Shown here one piece after another: positions 8,945 through 17,509 of a stretch of DNA of 48,937 nt. Every line of letters begins with the position of its first letter. Position 1 is the first letter of the stretch. Under the pieces are notes generated by a model, which was given only the letters and a program-made list of their open reading frames with translations, was not told the DNA's origin and searched no databases. The stretch covers positions 1 to 48,937 of the forward strand of contig JBIIYC010000001.1 in assembly GCA_044347025.1 (NCBI GenBank). Direction: 5' to 3'. The stretch comes from Bdellovibrionota bacterium. GTDB lineage: Bacteria > Bdellovibrionota_C > UBA2361 > OMII01. The position numbers and the translations under genes were made by a program.

Positions 8945-9409
8945 GTGAGTCTGACAGTGGCTGTAAACAATGACGCTCGGCGCAAAGATCCTTTGGAAGA
9001 GAGCTGGTTCGGTAAGCCGGTTCGTCATCACGTGCGTGAGTTCGGTCTTTTGTTCGCCGCGATCGGCTTTTCGCTAGTTGCGGTTAAGCTCTATCGTGGC
9101 GCAGAGATGCCCGATGTCGTCTCGTGGATCGGAGCGGCCACAGCATTCGCGTTGCTCGGGTTGTTCGCACCCCGTGTGCTGCTTCCGCTCTGGCGTGGAT
9201 GGATGAAGCTCGCACACTATCTCTCGATTGTAATGACGTCCGTTATCCTCTCCTTGGCCTGGTGCATCGGGTTTTTACCGATGGCGGGCCTTCTGCGAGT
9301 GCTCGGTATCAAACGCATGGATCTTTCCTACAAGAGCGGTGCGACCACGTATTGGGAGTCGAGAGACGCAAAGTACGATGATTTTAAACGTCTAGAGCTT
9401 CAGTTTTAG
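8945..9409 (+). CDS. SxtJ-family small membrane protein
   Basis: Lies in frame within ORF 8819..9409. A GTG at 8945 follows the carbamoyltransferase stop by 9 nt. The protein has 3-4 hydrophobic helices and ends ...YWESRDAKYDDFKRLELQF. Size and position directly after a NodU-type carbamoyltransferase are typical of SxtJ. Confidence 0.65.
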   Translation: MSLTVAVNNDARRKDPLEESWFGKPVRHHVREFGLLFAAIGFSLVAVKLYRGAEMPDVVSWIGAATAFALLGLFAPRVLLPLWRGWMKLAHYLSIVMTSVILSLAWCIGFLPMAGLLRVLGIKRMDLSYKSGATTYWESRDAKYDDFKRLELQF

Positions 9410-10554
9410 TGGCTACTCGCACTCCAGTGAGCTCACCAGTTGACCTTGGCTTGCGTTTCATCGTTGAACCTTCAGGGGTAGTATTAACGCCGAATGAAGC
9501 TGCGGCTCTCGCTGAACTGCGCCCGAGTGGAGTAATGCTCCGAAAGCGGAACTTTCTCCAGAATGCACCCTATAGGGAATGGCTCACAGCATACAGAACT
9601 CTTTTGTCGGACGTGAGGGCTGCGATAGGGCGAGACTCTATCGTAGTTTGCATTGATCACGAAGGTGGGAATGTTGTTCGCTTTCCCCCTCCAATTACGC
9701 GGTTTCCATATCCAGCCCTCTATGCCGCGTCTGATGCTGCTGTTCGGGAAGTTTCCTTGATGATGGCGGCGGAGCTTCGCTCCCTCGGTATTAATGTGTC
9801 GTTTTCTCCGGTGGCGGATGTTCACTCCAATCCTGCTAATCCGGTCATCAACGAGCGAGCATTCGGCAGGACTGCCGAACAGGTGGCTCACGCTGCTGGC
9901 ATCTGCGCACAAGCGCTGAGAGAGGGGGGAGTCGTTCCGTGTGCAAAGCACTTCCCTGGACACGGTGATACATCATCTGATTCACACTATGCATTGCCTG
10001 TGGTCTCAGCCTCTCGTGAAGAATTAGAGAGTCGAGAATTGGCACCGTTTCGAGCGCTGATTAAGGCCGGGATCGAGATGATTATGAGTGCTCACATCGT
10101 CGTGCCGGCTCTCGATCCTCAAGCTCAAGCGACACTCTCCTCGGTTATTATGAAGTCAGTTTTGCGGGATGAGCTGAGCTTTACAGGTATTACCATCGCC
10201 GATGCGTTGGGAATGAAAGCGATTCACGAAGCAATATCTCTCGGGTCATTTGGAATGCGGGCCCACACAGCTGGCATCGATCTATTACTGATGGTCGGTG
10301 ATACCGTTTCGATCGCAGATGCGGTGCAGGTACGAGATGAGTGGAGTCGAGAACTCGATTCATTAGGGGGAGAGACGCTCGCGTCGCTGCAAAATGTTGA
10401 GCAGCGCCTCTCTTCATTTCTCGCTACACTTCCCCAGTACGCAGTGACCGAACTGGATGCAAAAACGCTCTCCGAGCATGCGGCCCTCGCAGCGGAGTTG
10501 GCCAAGAATGCTCCCTGGGGAACCTTTCAATTCAATCCGGTCGGTTTTGATTAA
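9409..10554 (+). CDS. nagZ: Beta-N-acetylhexosaminidase (GH3), NagZ-like
   Basis: 381 aa with the GH3 motifs IDHEGG, KHFPGHGDTSSDSHYALPVV and ITIADALGMKA. The GTG start overlaps the preceding stop codon. Confidence 0.85.
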   Translation: MATRTPVSSPVDLGLRFIVEPSGVVLTPNEAAALAELRPSGVMLRKRNFLQNAPYREWLTAYRTLLSDVRAAIGRDSIVVCIDHEGGNVVRFPPPITRFPYPALYAASDAAVREVSLMMAAELRSLGINVSFSPVADVHSNPANPVINERAFGRTAEQVAHAAGICAQALREGGVVPCAKHFPGHGDTSSDSHYALPVVSASREELESRELAPFRALIKAGIEMIMSAHIVVPALDPQAQATLSSVIMKSVLRDELSFTGITIADALGMKAIHEAISLGSFGMRAHTAGIDLLLMVGDTVSIADAVQVRDEWSRELDSLGGETLASLQNVEQRLSSFLATLPQYAVTELDAKTLSEHAALAAELAKNAPWGTFQFNPVGFD

Positions 10555-10792
10555 TATAGCTCTGCCCCAATTCAGCTGGAGGGAGAGTTAATTCTCGTCT
10601 AATCGCACTGTGACAATATGGTAAAGTTTCTTCCCCGAGCGGTCGAATATTACCTTACGACCTTACAGTCAGCAGTAGGCTGCCTTCCACAGGATGTGGA
10701 ATCAGCTACCTCCCCAGTTGTCTTAGTAGCCCGTGTATGTCGAGTGGGCGCAAAGGGGGGCCTAACCCAACGAGTTCACGAGCAAGGAAGCC

Positions 10793-11215
10793 ATGAAAAC
10801 AGTTCTGATCATTGACGACAATTTCGATTACCGCGATGCAGTTAAAACTATCCTTGAGGCGCAAGGCCTTGAGGTGATCGATTCCGATTGTCCCGATTCC
10901 GCATACCAGATCCTAAAAAATATGGACGAGCCGGATCTTATCCTGTGCGACCTGCACATGCCGTTCACTTCCGGCCCAAACACAGGCGAATTCAAAGTTT
11001 CGTTTGAGGTCGGCGTCAAAACAATACATGAACTGGCGTGGGTCTACCCAAAGACGCCGGTGGTGGCGCTTACCGCCCTGGAGCACAGTGAACTCTCCCG
11101 GCTCAAGCAATATATTGAACCGATCCCTGCATATCCCAAGCCCACGGAGCTACACGATGTGGTAGCTCTAGTTGAGGGATATCTTCGCAGTCAGGAGTGG
11201 GGAGGCGTCAATTAG
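10793..11215 (+). CDS. Stand-alone response-regulator receiver domain (CheY-like)
   Basis: 140 aa. It has the acidic pocket IIDDN, phospho-acceptor context LILCDLHMP, conserved T (ALTAL) and K (YPKP). There is no output domain. Confidence 0.85.
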   Translation: MKTVLIIDDNFDYRDAVKTILEAQGLEVIDSDCPDSAYQILKNMDEPDLILCDLHMPFTSGPNTGEFKVSFEVGVKTIHELAWVYPKTPVVALTALEHSELSRLKQYIEPIPAYPKPTELHDVVALVEGYLRSQEWGGVN

Positions 11216-11222
11216 CAGGGTG

Positions 11223-11861
11223 CTAGCCCCGAATTGCCGGGTGGAGCAGCTCCATAAACTCCCCCCTTGGGATGGCTCGAGCACCAAAGCTCTCTGAAAA
11301 AGGGGTAAGGACCTGGCAATCAAACCAACCGATACCTTGCTCCCGGAGGTACTCGGTAAGCCTGATCATTGCTAGCTTCGAGGCGTTTGAGACCCGAAAG
11401 AAGCTAGACTCGGCCGCAAAAAACTTTCCGATCTGAACACCGTACAATCCACCCACGAGCACGCCATCCTGGTACGTTTCAAAGCTGTGTGCGAATCCGA
11501 GTCGGTTGAGTTCGGTGTATGCTTCTCGCATCGGCTTGGTAATCCATGTGGAGCGCTGCGTGCCTCGATTCTTGACCTCGGCGCAGCGGGTGATTACTCC
11601 CGCGAAGTCCTCATCCATCTTCGTGGTAAAACGCCCCCGTCTGACCTCATCTCTAAGTCGACGAGAGATGTGGAACTCACTCAGAAACAAAACTCCTCTC
11701 TCTGGAGGGGCAAACCAGGCAAGCGTTCGAGCATTGAGAGGCCACGGAAATATCCCGCTCCTGTACGCCAAAAGGAGACTTGCTGGCTCAAGGTCACCGC
11801 CGATGGCGAGCAGGCCGTCATCGTCAGCAGTGTCAACAGGGGGGAATGCCTCAATTGCCAT
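11223..11861 (-). CDS. aat: Leucyl/phenylalanyl-tRNA--protein transferase
   Basis: 212 aa. LLAYRSGIFPWP, WFAPPERGVL and FAHSFETYQDGVLVGGLYGVQIGKFFAAESSF are characteristic of L/F-transferase. Confidence 0.9.
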   Translation of the reverse strand: MAIEAFPPVDTADDDGLLAIGGDLEPASLLLAYRSGIFPWPLNARTLAWFAPPERGVLFLSEFHISRRLRDEVRRGRFTTKMDEDFAGVITRCAEVKNRGTQRSTWITKPMREAYTELNRLGFAHSFETYQDGVLVGGLYGVQIGKFFAAESSFFRVSNASKLAMIRLTEYLREQGIGWFDCQVLTPFSESFGARAIPRGEFMELLHPAIRG

Positions 11862-12119
11862 AGGTATGAGAGTGACTCTGCGTCGAGAAGGCCCTGTAAA
11901 GTGGACTACTTAGGGTCTGTAGAGTCGCCACCGAGTAATCGGCACGACCGTATCGCGTCCCCGCGCTATGCTCCTGGCCGGTATACTACCCCGAGGGGGT
12001 TTTTTTTGGCCACTGTTTCCCGAGTCGGAAGTTTTTTATGGTGAGAATTCGCTTGATAGTGACGATAATCCTGATAGGCGCATCTTTCGAACTCGCGCTG
12101 GGTAGACTACGGTTTTTCT

Positions 12120-12434
12120 ATGGGTAAGGGCAATCGCCAACATCAGTCTGACACGGCAACACAGGAACGTGTGCTGACCAAGGAGCCGAAGCGCTACCGC
12201 GTGATTCTGTTGAATGATGATTTCACGACGATGGATTTCGTTGTTCATATCCTTGAAACAATTTTTTCAAAAAGTCCCTCCGAGGCCATGCAGATCATGT
12301 TGCAGGTTCATAAATCGGGCAGGGGGGTGGCGGGCATATTCTCTAAACAGATTGCAGAGGCTAAAATCGATCAGGTTCACGTGCAGGCACAAAGAGAGGG
12401 ATTTCCTCTTAAGTGTTCAATGGAGGAAGAATAA
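12120..12434 (+). CDS. clpS: ATP-dependent Clp protease adaptor ClpS
   Basis: 104 aa. YRVILLNDDFTTMDFVVHILETIF...AMQIMLQVHKSGRGVAG is the canonical ClpS core. Confidence 0.95.
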   Translation: MGKGNRQHQSDTATQERVLTKEPKRYRVILLNDDFTTMDFVVHILETIFSKSPSEAMQIMLQVHKSGRGVAGIFSKQIAEAKIDQVHVQAQREGFPLKCSMEEE

Positions 12435-14704
12435 TGTTCAGCACCGAGCTGGGTTTGACATTAGAGGCGGCATTTCGAGAGGCGGCATCGCGGCGGCATG
12501 CCTTTTTCTGCCTTGAACATCTTTTGTATGCCTTGAGCTTTGACGAACAGGTGATGGAGATCCTCCAACGAGTCGGTGTTAACTTACCAAATCTCCGCAA
12601 GGACCTTGAGAACTTCTTCGACAAGAACATGGAGATCGTTCCGGTACGAGGTAGTAAAAGTCTTGGAGCCGAGCCGGCCCAAACCCCAGCGGTACAGCGA
12701 GTGTTGCAACAAGCGATACTGCACGTGCGGTCAGCCCACAAGGATGTCATCACTCCAGCCGAGGTCTTGGTGGCGTTGTTCTCGGAGGAGGATTCGCATG
12801 CGGTGTACTTTCTAGCGAAGCAGGGGGTGTCTCGGTTAGACGTGCTTAACTTTATCGCTCACGGTATGGCGAAAAGTGGAGCGGAAGAATCTGAGGATCT
12901 CCTTTCTGACCTGGACGAGGACGTGGAAGAACGGGAATCCGTCAGGACTCATAATGGCTCTGCCTTGGGGCTCTTTACTGAGGATATAACCGCTGCTGCG
13001 AGGGCCGGCAAGCTCGATCCCGTCATAGGTCGCCAAGCTGAGATTGAACGGACGATAAAAATTCTGAGCCGCCGTCAGAAGAACAACCCCCTCTTTCTGG
13101 GAGAGCCAGGAGTCGGAAAGACAGCGATGGCGCATGCTATCGCCGACCGTATCGTTAACGGCGACGTGCCGGAGCAGCTCCTTGAGGCGGAGGTTTTTCT
13201 GCTCAACATGGGTAACCTTGTTGCAGGAACCAAATTCCGAGGAGAGTTCGAGGATCGAATTCGCAAACTGTTGGCCGAGGTCGCTAAGCGACCCAAAGCT
13301 ATTCTCTTTATCGATGAGATTCATACGGTTGTTGGTGCTGGAGCGACGGGTAACGGCTCTCTTGATGCAGCGAACCTTCTGAAACCGGCGTTAGCCTCCG
13401 GGGCGATTCGTTGCATGGGCAGCACCACACATGCTGACTACAAAAAGTCTATAGAGAAAGATCGCGCTCTGAGCCGCCGTTTCTCAACTATTGATCTCCC
13501 AGAGCCAAGTATCGAGGAGACCGTGGCAATACTTGAAGGCCTCAAAGGGAAATTGGAGGAGCATCACAAGGTTGTCTTCACGAGTAAGGCTCTGCGTGCG
13601 GCTGCGGAACTTTCGGCTAAGCACATCAACGACCGGTTCCTTCCCGATAAAGCGATTGATGTTATCGACGAAGCAGGCGCCGCTAACGGACTTCTTCCGA
13701 AAAACAAGCGCAAAAAAAGCATATCTGAGGAGCAGATTGAGGCGGTGGTTTCAGCCATTGCCCGAGTTCCGGTAAAGAACATCAGTGACTCCGATGAGAA
13801 CGTCCTCAAAAATTTGGCAACTAATCTCAAGAAAAAAGTTTTTGGCCAAGATGCCGCTGTTGAGTCGATCGCTCGTGCCATCAAGCGTAGTCGAGCGAGT
13901 CTGCAATCCGAAGCCAAACCGATCGGAAGCTTTCTGTTCGCCGGTCCCACAGGAGTAGGTAAGACCGAATTGGCACGGGCCTTGGCGCAAGAGCTCGGAA
14001 TCCACTTTCACCGTTTTGATATGAGTGAATTTCACGACAAGCATCTCGTCTCGCGATTCACGGGCGCACCTCCTGGATACGTTGGGTATGAAGAGGGTGG
14101 TCTGCTGGTCGATTTGGTTCGAAAGAATCCGTATGGCGTCATCCTTTTCGATGAAATTGAGAAAGCGCATTCAGATGTTTTTAATATCTTTCTGCAGATA
14201 ATGGATGACGCTTCAATTACGGATTCTCAGGGGCGAAAGGCCGATTTTCGTAACATTATTGTGATATTTACAACGAATGCAGGTTCTGAGAAGGCCGCTG
14301 CAATCGGCTTCGGCGCAGCTCAAGCAAGCGGCTTTCGAGACGCGGCTGTAAAAAGCCTCTTCAAACCTGAATTCAGAAATCGCCTCGATGAGACTATCTA
14401 TTTTAGCCCGTTACCACTCCCTGTGATCGTGCAGATCGTGGGTAAGTTTATTAAGGAGCTTGAGGGACAACTCACCGGTCGGAATATTACGTTTGATGTG
14501 AGTGCCGAAGCTCAAGAGTGGTTGGCTACCAAGGGGTTTGACGCTGTATTTGGCGCTCGCCCGATGGCGCGATTGATTCAAAAAGAGCTTAAAGACCCGC
14601 TGGCGGATGAGATCTTATTCGGCAAACTCAAGCATGGCGGTAAGGTTCATATTGACCTGAAAAATAGTCACCTGACGTTTCAGATCGCTCCTACGACGAC
14701 CTAA
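12434..14704 (+). CDS. clpA: ATP-dependent Clp protease ATP-binding subunit ClpA
   Basis: The ATG at 12434 overlaps the clpS stop (TAATG). There are two AAA+ modules (GEPGVGKTA, ILFIDEIH; GPTGVGKTE, VILFDEIEKAH) and a Clp N-domain, but no ClpB-type middle domain. Confidence 0.95.
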   Translation: MFSTELGLTLEAAFREAASRRHAFFCLEHLLYALSFDEQVMEILQRVGVNLPNLRKDLENFFDKNMEIVPVRGSKSLGAEPAQTPAVQRVLQQAILHVRSAHKDVITPAEVLVALFSEEDSHAVYFLAKQGVSRLDVLNFIAHGMAKSGAEESEDLLSDLDEDVEERESVRTHNGSALGLFTEDITAAARAGKLDPVIGRQAEIERTIKILSRRQKNNPLFLGEPGVGKTAMAHAIADRIVNGDVPEQLLEAEVFLLNMGNLVAGTKFRGEFEDRIRKLLAEVAKRPKAILFIDEIHTVVGAGATGNGSLDAANLLKPALASGAIRCMGSTTHADYKKSIEKDRALSRRFSTIDLPEPSIEETVAILEGLKGKLEEHHKVVFTSKALRAAAELSAKHINDRFLPDKAIDVIDEAGAANGLLPKNKRKKSISEEQIEAVVSAIARVPVKNISDSDENVLKNLATNLKKKVFGQDAAVESIARAIKRSRASLQSEAKPIGSFLFAGPTGVGKTELARALAQELGIHFHRFDMSEFHDKHLVSRFTGAPPGYVGYEEGGLLVDLVRKNPYGVILFDEIEKAHSDVFNIFLQIMDDASITDSQGRKADFRNIIVIFTTNAGSEKAAAIGFGAAQASGFRDAAVKSLFKPEFRNRLDETIYFSPLPLPVIVQIVGKFIKELEGQLTGRNITFDVSAEAQEWLATKGFDAVFGARPMARLIQKELKDPLADEILFGKLKHGGKVHIDLKNSHLTFQIAPTTT

Positions 14705-14949
14705 CGGAGATAGAGTGAATCGTTCGAGATGCTACTGGTAGTTTTGACGAAACAAGGCAAAGGAAAAAACGGACCTACCTTTGCTAAAGCTCTGTCGAGG
14801 CATCAACGATCCGCGATGCTCCGCAGTATTCGCGGAGTGGGACGTTCGCCGAAAGGTGCGGTACGTTAAGGCGCAATTTCGGCGCCTCGAGCGGGATCGC
14901 AGACAAACGAAACAAATGCTCCGCAGGAAATTATTTTGCACCGATCTAG
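14701..14949 (+). repeat. Degenerate copy of the MITE-like repeat
   Basis: It starts at CTAA, which contains the clpA stop codon, and ends at ...CAGGAAATTATTTTGCACCGATCTAG. The internal blocks AGTTTTGACGAAACAAGGC, CAATTTCGGCGCCTCGA and AAATGCTCCGCAGGAAATT align with conserved blocks of the copy at 20463. The terminal inverted repeats are eroded. Confidence 0.5.
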
Positions 14950-15153
14950 TAGCCTGCTGGTTGAATTAAGCTAGCTTCTGTGAGCGCCGACAGACGGGCC
15001 TTTTCGACACTCTCGCGACCGAGTTTCATGAAATAAACGGGAACGCAGAACTTTCGAACGTACTCTCAAGTAGAGGGCGAGGATGTATGGCGATTGTGTC
15101 AGATGGTGTCCGCGGAGGAGTACTCGCGCAAATGGGAGTAATGCAGCAGCGAG

Positions 15154-17184
15154 TTAATACGCTAGCTCGAAGATAAAACGCATGTAGCGGAGGTGAAATC
15201 CTTTTAGCGTAACAACAACTGGAGCATCTTTCGGTAGTGGCACAGAGGAGATCGGTCCATGCAGGAGGCCCCACTTCGAGAAGCCTTCGACTTCGACATA
15301 GGGCCGATCGCCATCGCCGGCCATTTTGGCGAAAAACACCCGATGTTTTACGTGTTCGAGCTTGTCGTGAAGCATCTCAAGGAAGCGCAGTTTGTAGTTG
15401 AGCTCATCACGTCGCCACCGTTTTTCATTCAGCGCACTTGCTCGTCGGTTCATCTCCTTCTCAGAAAGGAGCTCGCGTTTCTCGAATAGGGCTGCAAGCT
15501 GATATTGGTTTGCCAACCCTGAAGCATCCCGCGGCTTAATCTCGAGATACTCGTCGAGTCGCAGGCCGAAGTGTCCTTCGTTGCGGGTGGAGTACTGGGA
15601 CCGCAAGAGGTAGGTGTCGATCAGGGAGTTAAGGAGAGCTTGGGCATCGTCGGTGCTTCGAGCCTCAAGGCTGCGCAAGATGCCGGCGAACTCCGAGGGC
15701 TTTTCGAGGTCATCCACATGAGCAGGAATGCCGAGGGCGCCTAGTTTCTCTACAAAGCTTGTGGCAACCTGCGCGGAGGGCTTCGTATGTACACGGTATA
15801 TGGTGGGCGCCTTCCGATGCTCCCCTAAGTAGCGCGCGAGAATTCGCTTCGACTCAATCATTACCTCTGAGAGTACCTTGCTTGCAGCGTCCTCCCCCTC
15901 AATTCGGAGGAGCGATGGCTTCGATGTTCGACGTCGCTCCAAAATACGGGCCGCATCGGTTAGCGCAGCGAGACAAGGAGCGATTGTGTCGTTGCCAGTA
16001 GTGTCGAGAGGTTGTGTTGGATCGATATTTCGATGATTGATCACGTAGGCGGATCGCACCTTGTATCGTAACGAGTACTCGGTTCGGGGCTTGCCGGATG
16101 CTGATATATTCTGAACAGGTGTCAATCGTCCCTCAACTACCCACGCAGGACGGGTTGCGCCCTCAACGAAGGAAACCGGACCGTGAGCAAGGCTGGAGCC
16201 AAGTGTTGCTATTGATGTAGCCCGGCCGTAAATTGTAGCACCCACGCGAAGAGCAAACTTGTCGATGGTGCTTCCGGGCCTCACGAAATCGGTAGCGTTA
16301 ATGTAGGCAGCTCGAAAGTACAGAGAGCCTTTTTTCCACTCTGCATGGACCAAATCCTCCGCATCTCGGGTGCCGTGGCGATCAATCGCGACGAACGGGA
16401 GATCCGTTAGGTCCTCTCGCTTTGGGAGCCGTTGCCGGGCTGCCGTGCTACCGGCCGGCTGTCGCCCACACAGCTCCTCCATCATAACTTTGAGAGTCCC
16501 GCGAACGGAATCGGTCAGAACAGACCTATTTTTGAAACGATTCTTCAAATGACTCTGGATTCCCTGGTCTACCGAAACGCGACGGACAAGGATAGTGACC
16601 GACTCATATCGTTCATCCATTTTGCGGCGCCAGTCATCGAGCTTGTGCTCCAACTCTTCGGGGCAGTAGAGCTTTACAATGATAAGATCGAGGCGCCCCT
16701 TCTTTGCGAAAGGAACTTGGTAGTGATACGAGCGATGTAATTCAATTCCTACCGGGAGTTCTCGACCAATCTCCTCAATGATCGTTGCGGAGCTTGCACG
16801 AGTTGTGGGGCTTTTCGGTCGTGGCGAGAGCGATGGGAGAGGAGGAAGATTCGAGGGGGCCTCCTCCAGGGGTGGTAGCTGGGGCGCTCGTAGAAGATTA
16901 CTGGCGGCAAGGCGCCCCAAGATGTCTGGTAACCGGAGGCCCATATCGACGATGCGTGTCCCGTCCACCGTATCTGGCGTTGGAGCAGCGGTACTGGGGC
17001 TCTCACTGGGTGTCGGGGGATGGATGGGAGCGACTGGGGATGTACGGAGCGCATCACCGCTCGTAATCAGCGACAACCCACTGTCTCTGTCAGAAGGCAG
17101 AGTGCCGGTCGTCTGATTGTGGAGGGAACCTGATTTATCAATCATGTTCAACCCCAGTATATCAGGGTTTCTTGGAGTCCGCAC
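15154..17184 (-). CDS. Divergent RNB-domain (RNase II/R family) protein with a Pro-rich N-terminal region
   Basis: 676 aa. FVAIDRHGTRDAEDLVHA aligns with RNB motif I (FVTIDxxxTxDxDDAL). AAYINATDFVRPGSTIDKFALRVGATIYGR aligns with motif II. EGHFGLRLDEYLEIKPRDASGLANQYQL aligns with motif IV (HFGL...SPIRRY). The first 140 aa or so are Pro/Ser-rich and low complexity. Confidence 0.65.
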   Translation of the reverse strand: MRTPRNPDILGLNMIDKSGSLHNQTTGTLPSDRDSGLSLITSGDALRTSPVAPIHPPTPSESPSTAAPTPDTVDGTRIVDMGLRLPDILGRLAASNLLRAPQLPPLEEAPSNLPPLPSLSPRPKSPTTRASSATIIEEIGRELPVGIELHRSYHYQVPFAKKGRLDLIIVKLYCPEELEHKLDDWRRKMDERYESVTILVRRVSVDQGIQSHLKNRFKNRSVLTDSVRGTLKVMMEELCGRQPAGSTAARQRLPKREDLTDLPFVAIDRHGTRDAEDLVHAEWKKGSLYFRAAYINATDFVRPGSTIDKFALRVGATIYGRATSIATLGSSLAHGPVSFVEGATRPAWVVEGRLTPVQNISASGKPRTEYSLRYKVRSAYVINHRNIDPTQPLDTTGNDTIAPCLAALTDAARILERRRTSKPSLLRIEGEDAASKVLSEVMIESKRILARYLGEHRKAPTIYRVHTKPSAQVATSFVEKLGALGIPAHVDDLEKPSEFAGILRSLEARSTDDAQALLNSLIDTYLLRSQYSTRNEGHFGLRLDEYLEIKPRDASGLANQYQLAALFEKRELLSEKEMNRRASALNEKRWRRDELNYKLRFLEMLHDKLEHVKHRVFFAKMAGDGDRPYVEVEGFSKWGLLHGPISSVPLPKDAPVVVTLKGFHLRYMRFIFELAY

Positions 17185-17509
17185 GTAGGAAGCGTGCGTA
17201 GCAGATTACGGCTCGTCTAATAGAGGCAAATGCGATGTAATCAGTCGGCTAGTGAACGCGAGCTCCCGGTGTGCGCCGTGATAGATTGGTGTCCGCCTTC
17301 GGCCACAGGCGCTTGGGCGGGGAGGGTGATGACGTCGGACCCGTCGACAAAATCCTCAAGGTATCTCGAAGGATACACCTATCTGGGGTTTTCCATCTCC
17401 GCCTTGATTCATCTGAGCTCTTCGAACTCGCAGTAGGAGGCCTGTGTTCACTTGCTAGACCGCCGACATGGCGGTCGCATCTAACGTAAGACAGAGGAAA
17501 ATTGGTGTC

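Noticed and set aside
11988-12007. Short hairpin ACCCC-GAG-GGGGT followed by T8 in the aat-clpS spacer; looks like a plus-strand intrinsic terminator with no upstream plus-strand gene
   Set aside because: The stem is only 5 bp, and it sits right after a TATACT box that could be the clpS -10 element. It could be a promoter-proximal T-tract rather than a terminator or sRNA end. It cannot be decided without transcript data.
11487-12044. 185-aa and 135-aa plus-strand ORFs opposite aat
   Set aside because: They are antisense to a well-supported aat gene, their sequences are Arg/Ser-rich, and they have no RBS context.
12836-13324. 162-aa ORF antisense within clpA, plus other 60-140-aa ORFs inside clpA
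   Set aside because: They overlap a canonical AAA+ coding frame and have no independent support.
16749-17116. Three overlapping ORFs of about 100 aa on both strands over the N-terminal region of the RNB-like gene
   Set aside because: This region encodes a Pro/Ser-rich segment, and GC-rich low-complexity DNA gives open frames in several phases. The long frame, continuous with the RNB motifs, is preferred.
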